NCBI GenBank assembly: GCA_964490395.1
Contig: CAZBAS010000004.1
Coordinates: 30,615-94,614 of the forward strand
DNA: 64,000 nucleotides
Source of the DNA: an uncultured Candidatus Saccharibacteria bacterium
GTDB taxonomy: Bacteria > Patescibacteriota > Doudnabacteria > UBA920
Direction of reading: 5' to 3'
A model generated the notes under the pieces. The model ran no database searches. It was not told the DNA's origin and worked only from the letters and a program-made list of their open reading frames with translations. Below, piece by piece: positions 36,809-46,272 of this stretch. Position 1 is the first letter of the stretch; each line of letters starts with the position of its first letter. The translations under genes were made by a program, and so were the position numbers.

Positions 36809-37297
36809 CTACCGGTATTGTTCTAGGAGTTCTTTTCCCTGGGTTATATTGTCGAACTTATCAAGTATGAGCGTACCTAGTAGGTGATCTATTTCATGCT
36901 GACACACCCTGGCTATCCAACCATTGTCACTTATGGTTTGTTTTTCGCCGTTCATATCAAAGTACTCAACAGTAATATTTTTTGGTCTGGTAACATTGCC
37001 GAACAGCCCAGGGAGCGAAAGGCACCCTTCTTCTATGGCCGCAGTTTCGGAAGAAGTCTTAACAATTTTTGGATTAATGATAGGGAATACGGGAATACCG
37101 GAATGCTCTAAAAAGATAAGTGCTAAGTTCAAATTTCTACCGACCTGGGGAGCAGCCAGCCCAATGCCATCTGCCTTTATAACCGTATCGAGCATATCGC
37201 GGATAAGGCGTTTAATATCCTTATTCAATGGGAAAACTACATCCTCAACGGGACGTCGTAGTACTTGTGCTGGAAGTTTTACAATAGGGAGAACCAT
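36809..37297 (-). CDS. def: Peptide deformylase
   Basis: GIGLAAPQVG, EGCLSLPG and HEIDHLLG: the three canonical PDF motifs. Confidence 0.9.
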   Translation of the reverse strand: MVLPIVKLPAQVLRRPVEDVVFPLNKDIKRLIRDMLDTVIKADGIGLAAPQVGRNLNLALIFLEHSGIPVFPIINPKIVKTSSETAAIEEGCLSLPGLFGNVTRPKNITVEYFDMNGEKQTISDNGWIARVCQHEIDHLLGTLILDKFDNITQGKELLEQYR

Positions 37298-37385
37298 AAG
37301 TCATGTAAACATATAATCATCTAAACATCTAAGCAGGAATACCGCGCTCATGGGTTCTTGTTTACATGTTTAAATGTTTTTATGC

Positions 37386-37655
37386 TTATATATTCTGCTG
37401 TGCTTTCTTAACTAAGAACACAAACAGTTTTGCGGGAAATTTAACATTGCTTTGCTCACGCACTTCTTGTGCGGTCTTACGGAGGAAATCGTGATTATAT
37501 TTCAACGCAAGCTTCAAGTAAAAGCCGAAGTGCTTTGTATCACCAAAAGCTTTCGACAACTCATCAGCGAGAAGATGTGCGGGAGAGTGAATAAACTGCT
37601 TAGTCTCTTGGCCGCGTTTTTTCAATTCTTTAATTCGGTTTGCGTTTATCTCCAT
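37386..37655 (-). CDS. Hypothetical basic helical protein (89 aa)
   Basis: ORF only. Confidence 0.3.
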   Translation of the reverse strand: MEINANRIKELKKRGQETKQFIHSPAHLLADELSKAFGDTKHFGFYLKLALKYNHDFLRKTAQEVREQSNVKFPAKLFVFLVKKAQQNI

Positions 37656-37746
37656 GTACAGAGTATACCAAATTTCCGCTTGTTTGAACAGTTTTTTCTG
37701 ACTATTTTACCCAGCGCATTTATAGGGTTTTTGCTATACTTTTTAC

Positions 37747-38610
37747 ATGGTAAAAAGACTCATTATTTTCTTACTTATTGTGTGTGGGCTTATAGGAGCC
37801 GGTATTTACTTTAGCAAGGATAGCCATGCACCAAGTTTCGCAAGCGGATTAGGCTTTATCCAAAGTCTTTCTGAGCAACTTCCAAAACAGCAAAACTTGC
37901 CTGAACCACTCCAGAAATTGCAGGCCACGGCGACCGGACGTAAGGTAGAAAACCTGAATGCCAAAACCATCATTCAATTAACTAACCAGGAACGCGCTAA
38001 AGAAAATGCCGTAACCCTTAAAGAAAACGCGCTCCTCAATAAAGCAGCGGAAAGTAAGATTGACGACATGTTTGCCCAGCAATACTTTGAGCACATCTCG
38101 CCAACTGGTAAAGGTCCCGCAGATATAATTGAAAAAACAGGGTACACCTACATAGTAGTGGGGGAGAACCTTGCCGAAGGTGGGTTCGAGAGCAATGCAG
38201 AACTGATGGCAGGATGGATGAACAGTCCCGGTCACCGAGAAAATATTTTAAATGCAAAGTATAGAGAAATAGGAGTGGCAGTACGCCAAGGTACCTATAA
38301 AGGCGCAAAAGTGTGGATGGCTGTTCAAGAGTTCGGCAGACCACTAAAAGACTGTCCGCAAATTGACACCCAGCTCAAAGCTACTATTACAGAGAACGAG
38401 GCGCAAATTCACCTCCGCCAAGACCAACTCCAGGCCATGAACATTGAAATGGCGGACGCACAGCGAAAAGGTGATGCCGCCACTTACAATGCTATGGTGC
38501 CAAAGTACAATGAGTTTGTAGCGCAGATAAACCAAGTCATAGAACAAACCAAAGTGCTGGTGGAAACGTATAACACCCAAGTACAAAACTTTAATACGTG
38601 CATAAAATAG
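37747..38610 (+). CDS. CAP/SCP-domain (PR-1-like) protein with N-terminal TM and C-terminal coiled coil
   Basis: YTYIVVGENLAEG...WMNSPGHRENILNAKYREIGVAV matches the CAP-domain pattern. Confidence 0.65.
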   Translation: MVKRLIIFLLIVCGLIGAGIYFSKDSHAPSFASGLGFIQSLSEQLPKQQNLPEPLQKLQATATGRKVENLNAKTIIQLTNQERAKENAVTLKENALLNKAAESKIDDMFAQQYFEHISPTGKGPADIIEKTGYTYIVVGENLAEGGFESNAELMAGWMNSPGHRENILNAKYREIGVAVRQGTYKGAKVWMAVQEFGRPLKDCPQIDTQLKATITENEAQIHLRQDQLQAMNIEMADAQRKGDAATYNAMVPKYNEFVAQINQVIEQTKVLVETYNTQVQNFNTCIK

Positions 38611-38617
38611 ACAAAGC

Positions 38618-38703
38618 AATGTCTAAGTTCTAATACCCAATTTCTAACAATCGGAAATTCTACGGTATGTACATTGGACATTGGAAATTAGGTATTAGAC
38701 ATT
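38618..38703. repeat. AT-rich palindromic repeat, family A, copy 3
   Basis: aatgtctaagttctaatacccaatttctaaca ... gacattggaaattaggtattagacatt. Confidence 0.55.
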
Positions 38704-38706
38704 ACT

Positions 38707-39558
38707 ATGTTACATTCTGTTTCGGTTGCGGGGCTTCGCGTTACTGCAGCCCCGAAAAAAGAGGTCCTCAAAGAAATACGCACGCGTGTAGAGCAAGGAG
38801 AAACTACTCGCATCATTACTCCGTATTCGGAGTTTCTATTCGCGGCGCTCAAAGATGCCAGCGTTATGGATATGCTCAACGGCGCAGATATATCCATAGC
38901 CGATGGCGTGGGCATGCTCTGGGCAGCAACATATTTGCACGTACCGCTCCGGATAAAAAACATCCTTCTCAGATACCTTTATGCGATAGCACAAATGGTA
39001 TACACCGGAGCGCGAATTTTGTTAAAACCGGATTCAATATATAAAACCATTCCAGAAAAAATTGTCGGGGCCGATTTTTTTATAGACCTAGTAGACTTGG
39101 CAGCAGACCAAAATTTGTCCATATACCTACTGGGAGGCTATGGTGAAGTGGCGTTGCAAACAGGTAAGAAATTAAGGAAGCGACACCCGCAGTTACGCAT
39201 AGCCGGATTCAGCAACAAACTTTCTTCTGATCCATCCATAATACGTGACGTAGTAGCAGCAAGCCCCGATTTTCTATTTGTTGCTTTTAATCCCATCGGC
39301 CAAGATGCTTGGATTGCAGAGCATCTGCATGAGCTTCCGAGTGTTACACTTGCAATTGGCCTTGGTGGGACATTCGATTACGTTTCGGGCCATAAAACCC
39401 AGCCACCAAAATTTATTCGGAGCATAGGTCTGGAGTGGCTATTCCGCCTTATAACGCAACCAAAAAGATATAAGCGTATTTACAACGCCACGTTCGGGCT
39501 CGTCACCGCGCTCATCCAGTACAAGGTGCGGCACATGGACGAAACGCATACAAGCTGA
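38707..39558 (+). CDS. WecB/TagA/CpsF-family glycosyltransferase (GT26)
   Basis: About 250-aa GT26 pattern: TRIITPYSEFLF...ISIADGVGMLWAA...YLLGG...GFSNKL...IGLGGTFDYVSGH. Confidence 0.65.
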   Translation: MLHSVSVAGLRVTAAPKKEVLKEIRTRVEQGETTRIITPYSEFLFAALKDASVMDMLNGADISIADGVGMLWAATYLHVPLRIKNILLRYLYAIAQMVYTGARILLKPDSIYKTIPEKIVGADFFIDLVDLAADQNLSIYLLGGYGEVALQTGKKLRKRHPQLRIAGFSNKLSSDPSIIRDVVAASPDFLFVAFNPIGQDAWIAEHLHELPSVTLAIGLGGTFDYVSGHKTQPPKFIRSIGLEWLFRLITQPKRYKRIYNATFGLVTALIQYKVRHMDETHTS

Positions 39559-39646
39559 TAAAATAGCTTTAGATATTGGACATATATAAGTTTTGGGCGT
39601 TCAATGGAGCGCCCTTTTTTCTTTCAATTATTTACACCGCACGTCT

Positions 39647-41227
39647 ATGACAGAATCTACAACACCAAAAGTTCGCACCCGCTTCGCACCAAGCCCAACA
39701 GGCTATGTGCACATGGGAACCTTACGTACCGGTCTTTTTAGTTTCCTCCTGGCCCGCCATAGCGGGGGAACAAACATCCTCCGCATTGAAGATACAGACC
39801 AGAGCAGGCTCGTCCCCGGTGCACTAGAAAACCTTGTCGAAGTCTTATACAAACTCGGCGTAGACTTCGACGAAGGATATTTTTGGGACCCCGAAAGCAA
39901 TTCGGTAAAAGAAAAAGGGGACTACGGACCATATTTGCAGTCCAAGCGGCTTGGCTTATATGAACAATACGCTCGCGAACTGGTAGAGAAGGGGAGTGCG
40001 TACTATTGCTTTTGCAGCGAAGAACGTTTAGAGGAGCTAAGGGCAGAGCAGGTCGCGCTCAAAAAGCCGCCCATGTACGACAGGCTTTGCCGTACGCTTT
40101 CCACTGATGAAATAGTAAAAAAACAAAAAGAATTTTCCGACAGCGGCAAACGCCCCGTTATTCGACAAGCAGTAGCCATTGACGGTGAGACCTCGTATGA
40201 GGATTTAGTGCATGGTAAATTAACTTTACAAAACCGCATACTCGACGACCAAATTTTAATGAAGTCGGATGGTTTTGCAACGTACAATTTCGCAAATGTA
40301 ATTGACGACCACCTCATGGAGATTACGCATATTATCCGGGGTGAAGAATTTATTTCTTCAACACCTAAATACATAATGCTGTACGAGTCCTTTGGCTGGC
40401 CTGTTCCACATTTTGCACACTTACCCTTGATACTCAATCCGGATAAAACCAAGCTATCTAAGCGCCAAGGCGATGTCGCGGTTGAAGATTTTTTGAAGAA
40501 GGGATACCTCAAAGAAGCTCTGGTAAACTTTGTAGTCTTTTTAGGTTGGAATCCAAAAACCGAGCAAGAGTTTTTTACGATACCCGAGCTAATTGAGCAA
40601 TTTGAGCTAAGTAAAATAAATAAAGCAGCTCCCATTTTTGACGTACAAAAGCTGGACTGGATAAATAGTCATTATATACGGGAAAAGAGTGTCGCAGAGC
40701 TCGCTACATTACTTACTCCATATTGGGCCGAGGCAGGATACATTTCGGGCGACGAACATGGCTACACCGTCCCGAATCTAGATAATGCTTTAGCATCTCA
40801 AGAATATCTAGGAGCGATAACTGCCATAGAGCAAGAGCGTCTTAAGAAGCTTTCTGAGATTGTTGAACGCACTAGCTATTTCTTTACTGAGCCAACGTAC
40901 AATTCTGGGCTCCTGGTCTGGAAAAAAAGTAATGCCGATGACGCTAAAGAAAAACTTGCCCTTGTGGACAAGTTTCTAGCGACCCTTACCCCAGAAACAA
41001 TTTCATCATCCACAGCTCTACACGAAGCGCTTATGGCCTATATAAAAGAAAACGCATTTGACGTAGGCTCGGTATTGTGGCCGCTCCGGGTAGCGTTAAC
41101 CGGTATGCAAATGAGCCCAAGTCCTGCTGAAGTAGTCAGCGTGCTATATAAGGGGTTGGGGCAAATGGAGATTGCTAAGCGCATACAAAAAGCTATTACA
41201 TTGTTAGAAGAAGCTTCCATAGCGTAG
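39647..41227 (+). CDS. gltX: Glutamyl-tRNA synthetase
   Basis: RFAPSPTGYVHMGTLRT (HIGH region) and KLSKRQG (KMSKS). The start is moved to ATG 39647; the track's 39593 is an extension. Confidence 0.9.
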   Translation: MTESTTPKVRTRFAPSPTGYVHMGTLRTGLFSFLLARHSGGTNILRIEDTDQSRLVPGALENLVEVLYKLGVDFDEGYFWDPESNSVKEKGDYGPYLQSKRLGLYEQYARELVEKGSAYYCFCSEERLEELRAEQVALKKPPMYDRLCRTLSTDEIVKKQKEFSDSGKRPVIRQAVAIDGETSYEDLVHGKLTLQNRILDDQILMKSDGFATYNFANVIDDHLMEITHIIRGEEFISSTPKYIMLYESFGWPVPHFAHLPLILNPDKTKLSKRQGDVAVEDFLKKGYLKEALVNFVVFLGWNPKTEQEFFTIPELIEQFELSKINKAAPIFDVQKLDWINSHYIREKSVAELATLLTPYWAEAGYISGDEHGYTVPNLDNALASQEYLGAITAIEQERLKKLSEIVERTSYFFTEPTYNSGLLVWKKSNADDAKEKLALVDKFLATLTPETISSSTALHEALMAYIKENAFDVGSVLWPLRVALTGMQMSPSPAEVVSVLYKGLGQMEIAKRIQKAITLLEEASIA

Positions 41228-41331
41228 GTCTTCTATGGCTTCTCAAAACCGCACTTTGTGCGGTTTTGTTTTCATATGCTTAATTCATAATTCATGCTTC
41301 TTGATTCAAGTTTCATGGTATAATTAATGCA

Positions 41332-42633
41332 ATGAAATTGAGCGTAAATAACCGCTTTTGGAGCAGCATCTTACTCGCAGTGACCCTGGTAGGGGCGACT
41401 GTTGGTTTTGGCTATGTACGAGTACACGCTGCGGACGTAGACGAAATCAAATTCAAGCAAACACAGTTACAAGAAAAACTCGACGCTTTAAATAAACAGA
41501 TAAGCAACTACCAAAGCCAAATTAGCACCACCCAAAAACAGGCTGCGTCACTAAAGAATGAAATATTTATATACGACACACAGATTAAATCTACTGAGCT
41601 GGCCATAGATGCTAAGCAGACCGAAATGGAAGATACGAATTTGCAAATTAACGAATTGCAAATTCAAATAGACAGGCGCGTTGCAGAAATAGAAGATAAT
41701 AAAAAAGTTTTAAAAGAACTTATCATAGAACTGAACGAGCTTGGTGATAATTCCTTCGTACAGCTCGCTCTGGGTACGAGCAATTTTTCGGCGTTCCTTG
41801 ACGACCTTCAGTACACAAATAACGTCCAAGACAAAATTTATCAAATAGTCCAGAACATAAAGCTTGTTAAGAGTAAGCTCGAAGATCAACAGAACGACCT
41901 CAAAGTACAGCTTAAAAAACTGCAGGATCTTACCGACCAGCTCAAAGCCACCCAAAGCTCTCTCGAGGCGCAGGAGCAGGATAGACAAAATCTTTTGGCC
42001 AAAACCAAGGGCGTTGAGAAAAACTATCAAAAGTTACTCACGAACAGCAAGAGCGAGCAGGCTGACTTGCAAAAAGAAATGGACGACCTTGATGCACAGG
42101 TTCGTGCCAAGCTCGGAAACAAAACCATTACTGCAAAAAAGGGAAGTCTGGTCATGCCTATGAAAGGCATACTAACACAAGGTTACGGCAATACCGGCTT
42201 TACTTCGCTCGGGTACTCTTTTCACAATGGACTGGATGTAGCTGCCCCAGCAGGCACACCTATTTACGCTGCCCAAGACGGTACGGTAAACGGCTGTGAT
42301 ACTGGCGACGCATCGTATGGAAACTGGTGCAGTATAAAACACAATATCCAAACTACAAACGGCAGTGTATGTGTAATTACCCTTTACGGTCACATGCGGT
42401 CATTTAAATTAAAAGTGGGCCAGACCGTAAAACAAGGAGATTTAGTTGGGTACGAAGGCAACACTGGCAACACCACAAGACTACTCTACGGTCCGGATAG
42501 GGGATACCACTTGCATTTTACCGTGTTTGATTGCGAAGGCTTTGGCATATCACAGGGAAAATATTCTAAGACATACGGACCATATACCGTACCATACGGA
42601 TACACCTATAACCCGAAAGATTTCTTACCATAA
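41332..42633 (+). CDS. M23-family peptidoglycan endopeptidase with long N-terminal coiled coil (EnvC/NlpD-like)
   Basis: Signal/TM, then about 230 aa of coiled coil, then GLDVAAPAGTPIYAAQDGTV...LYGHM...HLHFTV M23 motifs. Confidence 0.8.
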   Translation: MKLSVNNRFWSSILLAVTLVGATVGFGYVRVHAADVDEIKFKQTQLQEKLDALNKQISNYQSQISTTQKQAASLKNEIFIYDTQIKSTELAIDAKQTEMEDTNLQINELQIQIDRRVAEIEDNKKVLKELIIELNELGDNSFVQLALGTSNFSAFLDDLQYTNNVQDKIYQIVQNIKLVKSKLEDQQNDLKVQLKKLQDLTDQLKATQSSLEAQEQDRQNLLAKTKGVEKNYQKLLTNSKSEQADLQKEMDDLDAQVRAKLGNKTITAKKGSLVMPMKGILTQGYGNTGFTSLGYSFHNGLDVAAPAGTPIYAAQDGTVNGCDTGDASYGNWCSIKHNIQTTNGSVCVITLYGHMRSFKLKVGQTVKQGDLVGYEGNTGNTTRLLYGPDRGYHLHFTVFDCEGFGISQGKYSKTYGPYTVPYGYTYNPKDFLP

Positions 42634-42660
42634 AATAAAACGTACCCCAAGAAACAAAAT

Positions 42661-43590
42661 ATGCGAAACTCGTACACCACATTTTTTAAAAAAGCATTCC
42701 TTGCGTTCAGCTTGTCGGCCTCACTCTTGCTTCCCCATGCTGCCCTTGCAGCAGCAGTAGACTTACCGTGCACACCCTCCCAAGCGCCAGCAACAGTCGC
42801 AGGACAAGACACCTCTACCCCAAACAACGACCTCTTTGACTGCATTAACCGCCTCTACAAATACGCCCTGGTTATATCGAGTATTGCGGGTGTATTTATG
42901 ATTATGCTTGGCGGGTACATGTATATCTTCTCAGGTGGCAATGACAAGAAGGTAAGCACAGCAAAAAGGTTTATTACTACGTCACTCCCGGGTATAGCCG
43001 TGCTGCTAACGGGGTTTTTACTTCTGAAACAGATCAACCCGAGCTTATTACAAATTAAAAGCATTACTCCGGCACAAATAGCGCAGTCTGATTGGGCCAT
43101 CCTTCCTCACGACGGCGGATTGGGAGGCGGTGGTGGAACTGGTGGTGGAGGCGGGGGAAATGTAGGCACAGGAAAATGCGAGCCAGTCACTAGTGGCCCA
43201 GCATCTGTCGCCAATTTGCAAGGTACTTGTTTTGGCGCAAACGCAGCAAAAGCATCAAGCATTGCAAACCTTGAAAGTAACGGCAACCCGGCAAGGCATG
43301 GCGACAAATGCGTTGATGGGAACTATGCTTCATGGGGTCTATTCCAAATCAATATTTCAGCCAATACCATGGCAGGATTAAATTGCCCCAAGGCATTTGA
43401 TGTGCCGGCACGAGCAAGTACGCTCTTGTCCGGGGGAGTATACAACTGCCATGTTATCAACAAACCACTCTATGACCAGTGTGTGGCTGCGGCAACAAAT
43501 GAATCCACCAATATTGAAGCAGCGTGCCGCATATCTAACAACGGGACCAGATGGGGCGCATGGAGCACTAACAAAACTTGTAAATTTTAG
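42661..43590 (+). CDS. Secreted protein: VirB2/TrbC-pilin-like two-TM N-terminal module + Gly linker + lysozyme-like (SLT/Rpf-like) C-terminal domain
   Basis: Signal peptide and two TM helices (YALVISSIAGVFMIMLGGYMYIF; SLPGIAVLLTGFLLLKQI). C-terminal LESNGNPARHGDKCVDGNYASWGLFQIN resembles the SLT/Rpf ES..GN...G.GL.Q motif. Confidence 0.5.
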   Translation: MRNSYTTFFKKAFLAFSLSASLLLPHAALAAAVDLPCTPSQAPATVAGQDTSTPNNDLFDCINRLYKYALVISSIAGVFMIMLGGYMYIFSGGNDKKVSTAKRFITTSLPGIAVLLTGFLLLKQINPSLLQIKSITPAQIAQSDWAILPHDGGLGGGGGTGGGGGGNVGTGKCEPVTSGPASVANLQGTCFGANAAKASSIANLESNGNPARHGDKCVDGNYASWGLFQINISANTMAGLNCPKAFDVPARASTLLSGGVYNCHVINKPLYDQCVAAATNESTNIEAACRISNNGTRWGAWSTNKTCKF

Positions 43591-43623
43591 ACCTTGAAGA
43601 GCCATAATTAACTTTAAATACTT

Positions 43624-44097
43624 ATGTTCGAAAATAATAAAAATATTATCATTGGCGTAATTGTTTTTGTTATGTTGGTGGTCATTGCGGCGCTCGCATA
43701 TGCTGCGTTCAGTAATCCAAGTAAGACGGCGACGCCATTACCCACAAATGCGAACCCCACCGCAAACTCAAACACAGTGGCCATCTCGACCCCGAAAGGT
43801 GCTGTGGTAGTAAACAACTTTACCCAGAACGTACTTTCAAAGACAGAGTCATCTATGACCATCGCCGATACAAACGACTATCAAATTGTCTATTTTCAAA
43901 AAGAGGGGAGTTTCCTTATTACTCTTGCATCCCAGCCAGCAACTAGCGCGCGTATAAAAGCAGAAACAGCCTTTTTGAGCATATTAAACATAAACAAAGA
44001 ACAAGCCTGCAAGCTTACAGTGGCCCTGAAGATACCTTACTCAGTAGATGAGAACCTCGCAGGTCCCGATTACGGTTTAAGCTTTTGCCCTCACTAA
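43624..44097 (+). CDS. Hypothetical secreted protein
   Basis: N-terminal TM/signal only. Confidence 0.4.
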   Translation: MFENNKNIIIGVIVFVMLVVIAALAYAAFSNPSKTATPLPTNANPTANSNTVAISTPKGAVVVNNFTQNVLSKTESSMTIADTNDYQIVYFQKEGSFLITLASQPATSARIKAETAFLSILNINKEQACKLTVALKIPYSVDENLAGPDYGLSFCPH

Positions 44098-44147
44098 ACG
44101 ATGTACTGATAATGCAGCGCTTTAGAAAATAAAATGAACATAAACCT

Positions 44148-45020
44148 ATGCAGCACTTTAAAATAAAAAAAATTATATTCGCCGCTATGGTAGCAGCCAC
44201 CTGTTTGCTTCCCCACGCAGCCTTTGCCGCAGCAGTGGACTTACCATGCACACCCTCCCAAGTACCAGCAACAGTTGCCGGACAAGATACCGCAGCACCG
44301 AACAATGATCTATACAACTGCATTAACCGCCTCTACAAATACGCCCTGGTTATATCGAGCATAGCTGGTGTATTTATGATTATGCTTGGCGGGTACATGT
44401 ATATTTTCTCCGGAGGTAATGACAAGAAGGTTAGCACAGCAAAAAGTTTTATTACTACGTCTCTTCTGGGTATAGCAGTATTGCTGACCGGGTTTTTACT
44501 TTTGAAACAGATTAACCCCAGTTTGACTACGGTCAAAAGTATAACGCCGCAACAAATTGACTATCAAGAGTGGTATGTAATGAGGGCAGAAGATGGCATA
44601 GCCCAGGTAAACACCGGCCTATCGAATAGCGGGGCAGCAGTGGCAGCCCAGTGCCCGGGAGGGCAACTCGTGGATATCCCGCAAGGGGAGTTTCAGCAGT
44701 ACGATAAAAATAAGACATGCCCTACAGTCTTGGAGGCGCTACGGAAATTAAAAACTGCCGCCACTGCAGCTGGAATATCATTTAAAGTAAACGACTCGTA
44801 CGGCCCAGCGCATAAGAGTTCGTGCCATAAAGAATCAGGAACTTGCGTAGATATTGGCCTCACTGGATCAACTACATGGGACCAGCTTTGTAAAGTAGTA
44901 AACTCCACGGGATTATTTAAAATATTAAACGAATCGGGAGGCAATACGCCAAATTGCGGGACCTTTATAGCAACAAGTAAATCCACGGCCCCACATATTC
45001 ATTTAAATTTATTGAACTAG
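44148..45020 (+). CDS. Paralogue of 42661..43590: same pilin-like N-terminal module + peptidase M15 (VanY/L,D- or D,D-peptidase)-like C-terminal domain
   Basis: N-terminal ~135 aa nearly identical to the upstream paralogue. C-terminal SSCHKESGTCVDIGL (compare M15 SxHxxGxAxD) and TAPHIHLNL (HxH). Confidence 0.5.
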   Translation: MQHFKIKKIIFAAMVAATCLLPHAAFAAAVDLPCTPSQVPATVAGQDTAAPNNDLYNCINRLYKYALVISSIAGVFMIMLGGYMYIFSGGNDKKVSTAKSFITTSLLGIAVLLTGFLLLKQINPSLTTVKSITPQQIDYQEWYVMRAEDGIAQVNTGLSNSGAAVAAQCPGGQLVDIPQGEFQQYDKNKTCPTVLEALRKLKTAATAAGISFKVNDSYGPAHKSSCHKESGTCVDIGLTGSTTWDQLCKVVNSTGLFKILNESGGNTPNCGTFIATSKSTAPHIHLNLLN

Positions 45021-45097
45021 GAAACGATACCACGGAGGCAATCCAATACTGATACCAGTAACTCTTAATTATAGCCACCCGTGTATATATTAATTTA

Positions 45098-45134
45098 GAC
45101 CAGCAAAAGCTGGTCTTTCTATTTCAAATTTTTT
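45098..45134 (+). terminator. Intrinsic terminator after the 44148..45020 gene
   Basis: gaccagc-aaaa-gctggtc followed by tttctatttcaaatttttt. Confidence 0.6.
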
Positions 45135-45739
45135 ACATGGTGGAGCCTTGCTCGTACACCCATCAAGAACCTGGACATATGGCGGGAGCCCTAGCTAAGG
45201 ACTTATAAGTGTGTGCATTCGGAACTGGCACCTGCAGCCTTGCGAGCAGAGTGAAGATCTAAACCATCCAAACACCGAAGACACACAGCAATTGAACCGA
45301 TCCAACAGTATTATATAAAAGCAATACTGAATTACTTTAGAAATGCGAAATAGTACTACCAACGGGCGTGCTATATTAAAAGTAATGCTAGAGCATCAGA
45401 CGTGGAAGTTTATAAACGGGATTTAAACGAGAAGATATAGCATGCAGGTTGTATAACAAAGCAGGAGAGCGAGGGAACAAATAAAATCGATCATATATAC
45501 ATAATCAAAAGAAGTAACCACAAACCAGTTCAAAGCGCTTTTTTGTACATACTGTGTCGTACAAGATACATTGTACGACACAACAACATTAGCAAAACCA
45601 GCCTTTAAAGTACTACCCTCCGTGGTATCCGGATACACCCAGCTATCAGATCTGCCATGCTACTCTTGCATACGCCGGGCCATACATTCCGCCACACACA
45701 CTGCACTCTAATTGCTGCGTACTAGATTTCTGCCGCAGC

Positions 45740-45773
45740 AAAAAAATAAAACCAGACAGAGGAGTCTGGTTTT
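45740..45773 (-). terminator. Intrinsic terminator after the 45829..46272 gene (minus strand)
   Basis: aaaccagac-agaggagt-ctggttt with an A(9) tract on the plus-strand upstream side (a U-run on the minus-strand transcript). Confidence 0.55.
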
Positions 45774-45828
45774 ATGATATCAGGACGGTGACATTTTATA
45801 CGTGTGTATCCCCTACCTTAGAAAGTTT

Positions 45829-46272
45829 CTACTTACTAGACTTTCTAAACCCGGCCGCCTTAGCTTCTTCTTCGGTTTTAAAACACGCAACAGGTTTAGT
45901 AACCCGGCCATAGAACGTACCACCTTTTACGTGATATATTTTGCTCTTGGTACCTTTTACAATGCAGGGACCGTTCGTAGTCGCGCCCAACACCAATGGA
46001 GCTGCCACCTCGGCTACAGCTACCGCAGGACTCGCAGCCTGTTCGGGCGTTGCCGCCTCGGTCTTGCTCTCCGTAGCGGGCGGAGACTTCTCTGCTGCTG
46101 GTGTCTGCTTTGTGCTATAATTTGAATAATTACTGGAAGTTTTATGCGGAGAGCTGCGAGTTAGCTTCCCCACTCCGACACCGACAAAAAAGATAACCAC
46201 AAACGCGGCAACGCATATTAGTGCGCTCCGATGATCTTTGCCCCAGGCTTTGATCTTTTCATATGTAATCAT
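45829..46272 (-). CDS. Hypothetical secreted protein with N-terminal TM, low-complexity linker and conserved-looking Cys-containing C-terminal motif
   Basis: C-terminus CIVKGTKSKIYHVKGGTFYGRVTKPVACFKTEEEAKAAGFRKS. Confidence 0.45.
   Translation of the reverse strand: MITYEKIKAWGKDHRSALICVAAFVVIFFVGVGVGKLTRSSPHKTSSNYSNYSTKQTPAAEKSPPATESKTEAATPEQAASPAVAVAEVAAPLVLGATTNGPCIVKGTKSKIYHVKGGTFYGRVTKPVACFKTEEEAKAAGFRKSSK

Noticed and set aside
45021-45828. Possible tmRNA (ssrA) or RNase P RNA in the long ORF-free spacer. The minus-strand sequence ends ...ggctccacca and starts gggtgtatccggataccacggagg, which is loosely like tmRNA ends.
   Set aside because: The putative 5' and 3' ends cannot form an acceptor stem. 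No T-arm-like GGTTCRANTCC hairpin precedes the CCA. No RNase P P4 consensus (AGGAAAGUCCGGGCUCC / ACAGAANCCGGCUUA) is present on either strand. Kept only as an unexplained candidate ncRNA.
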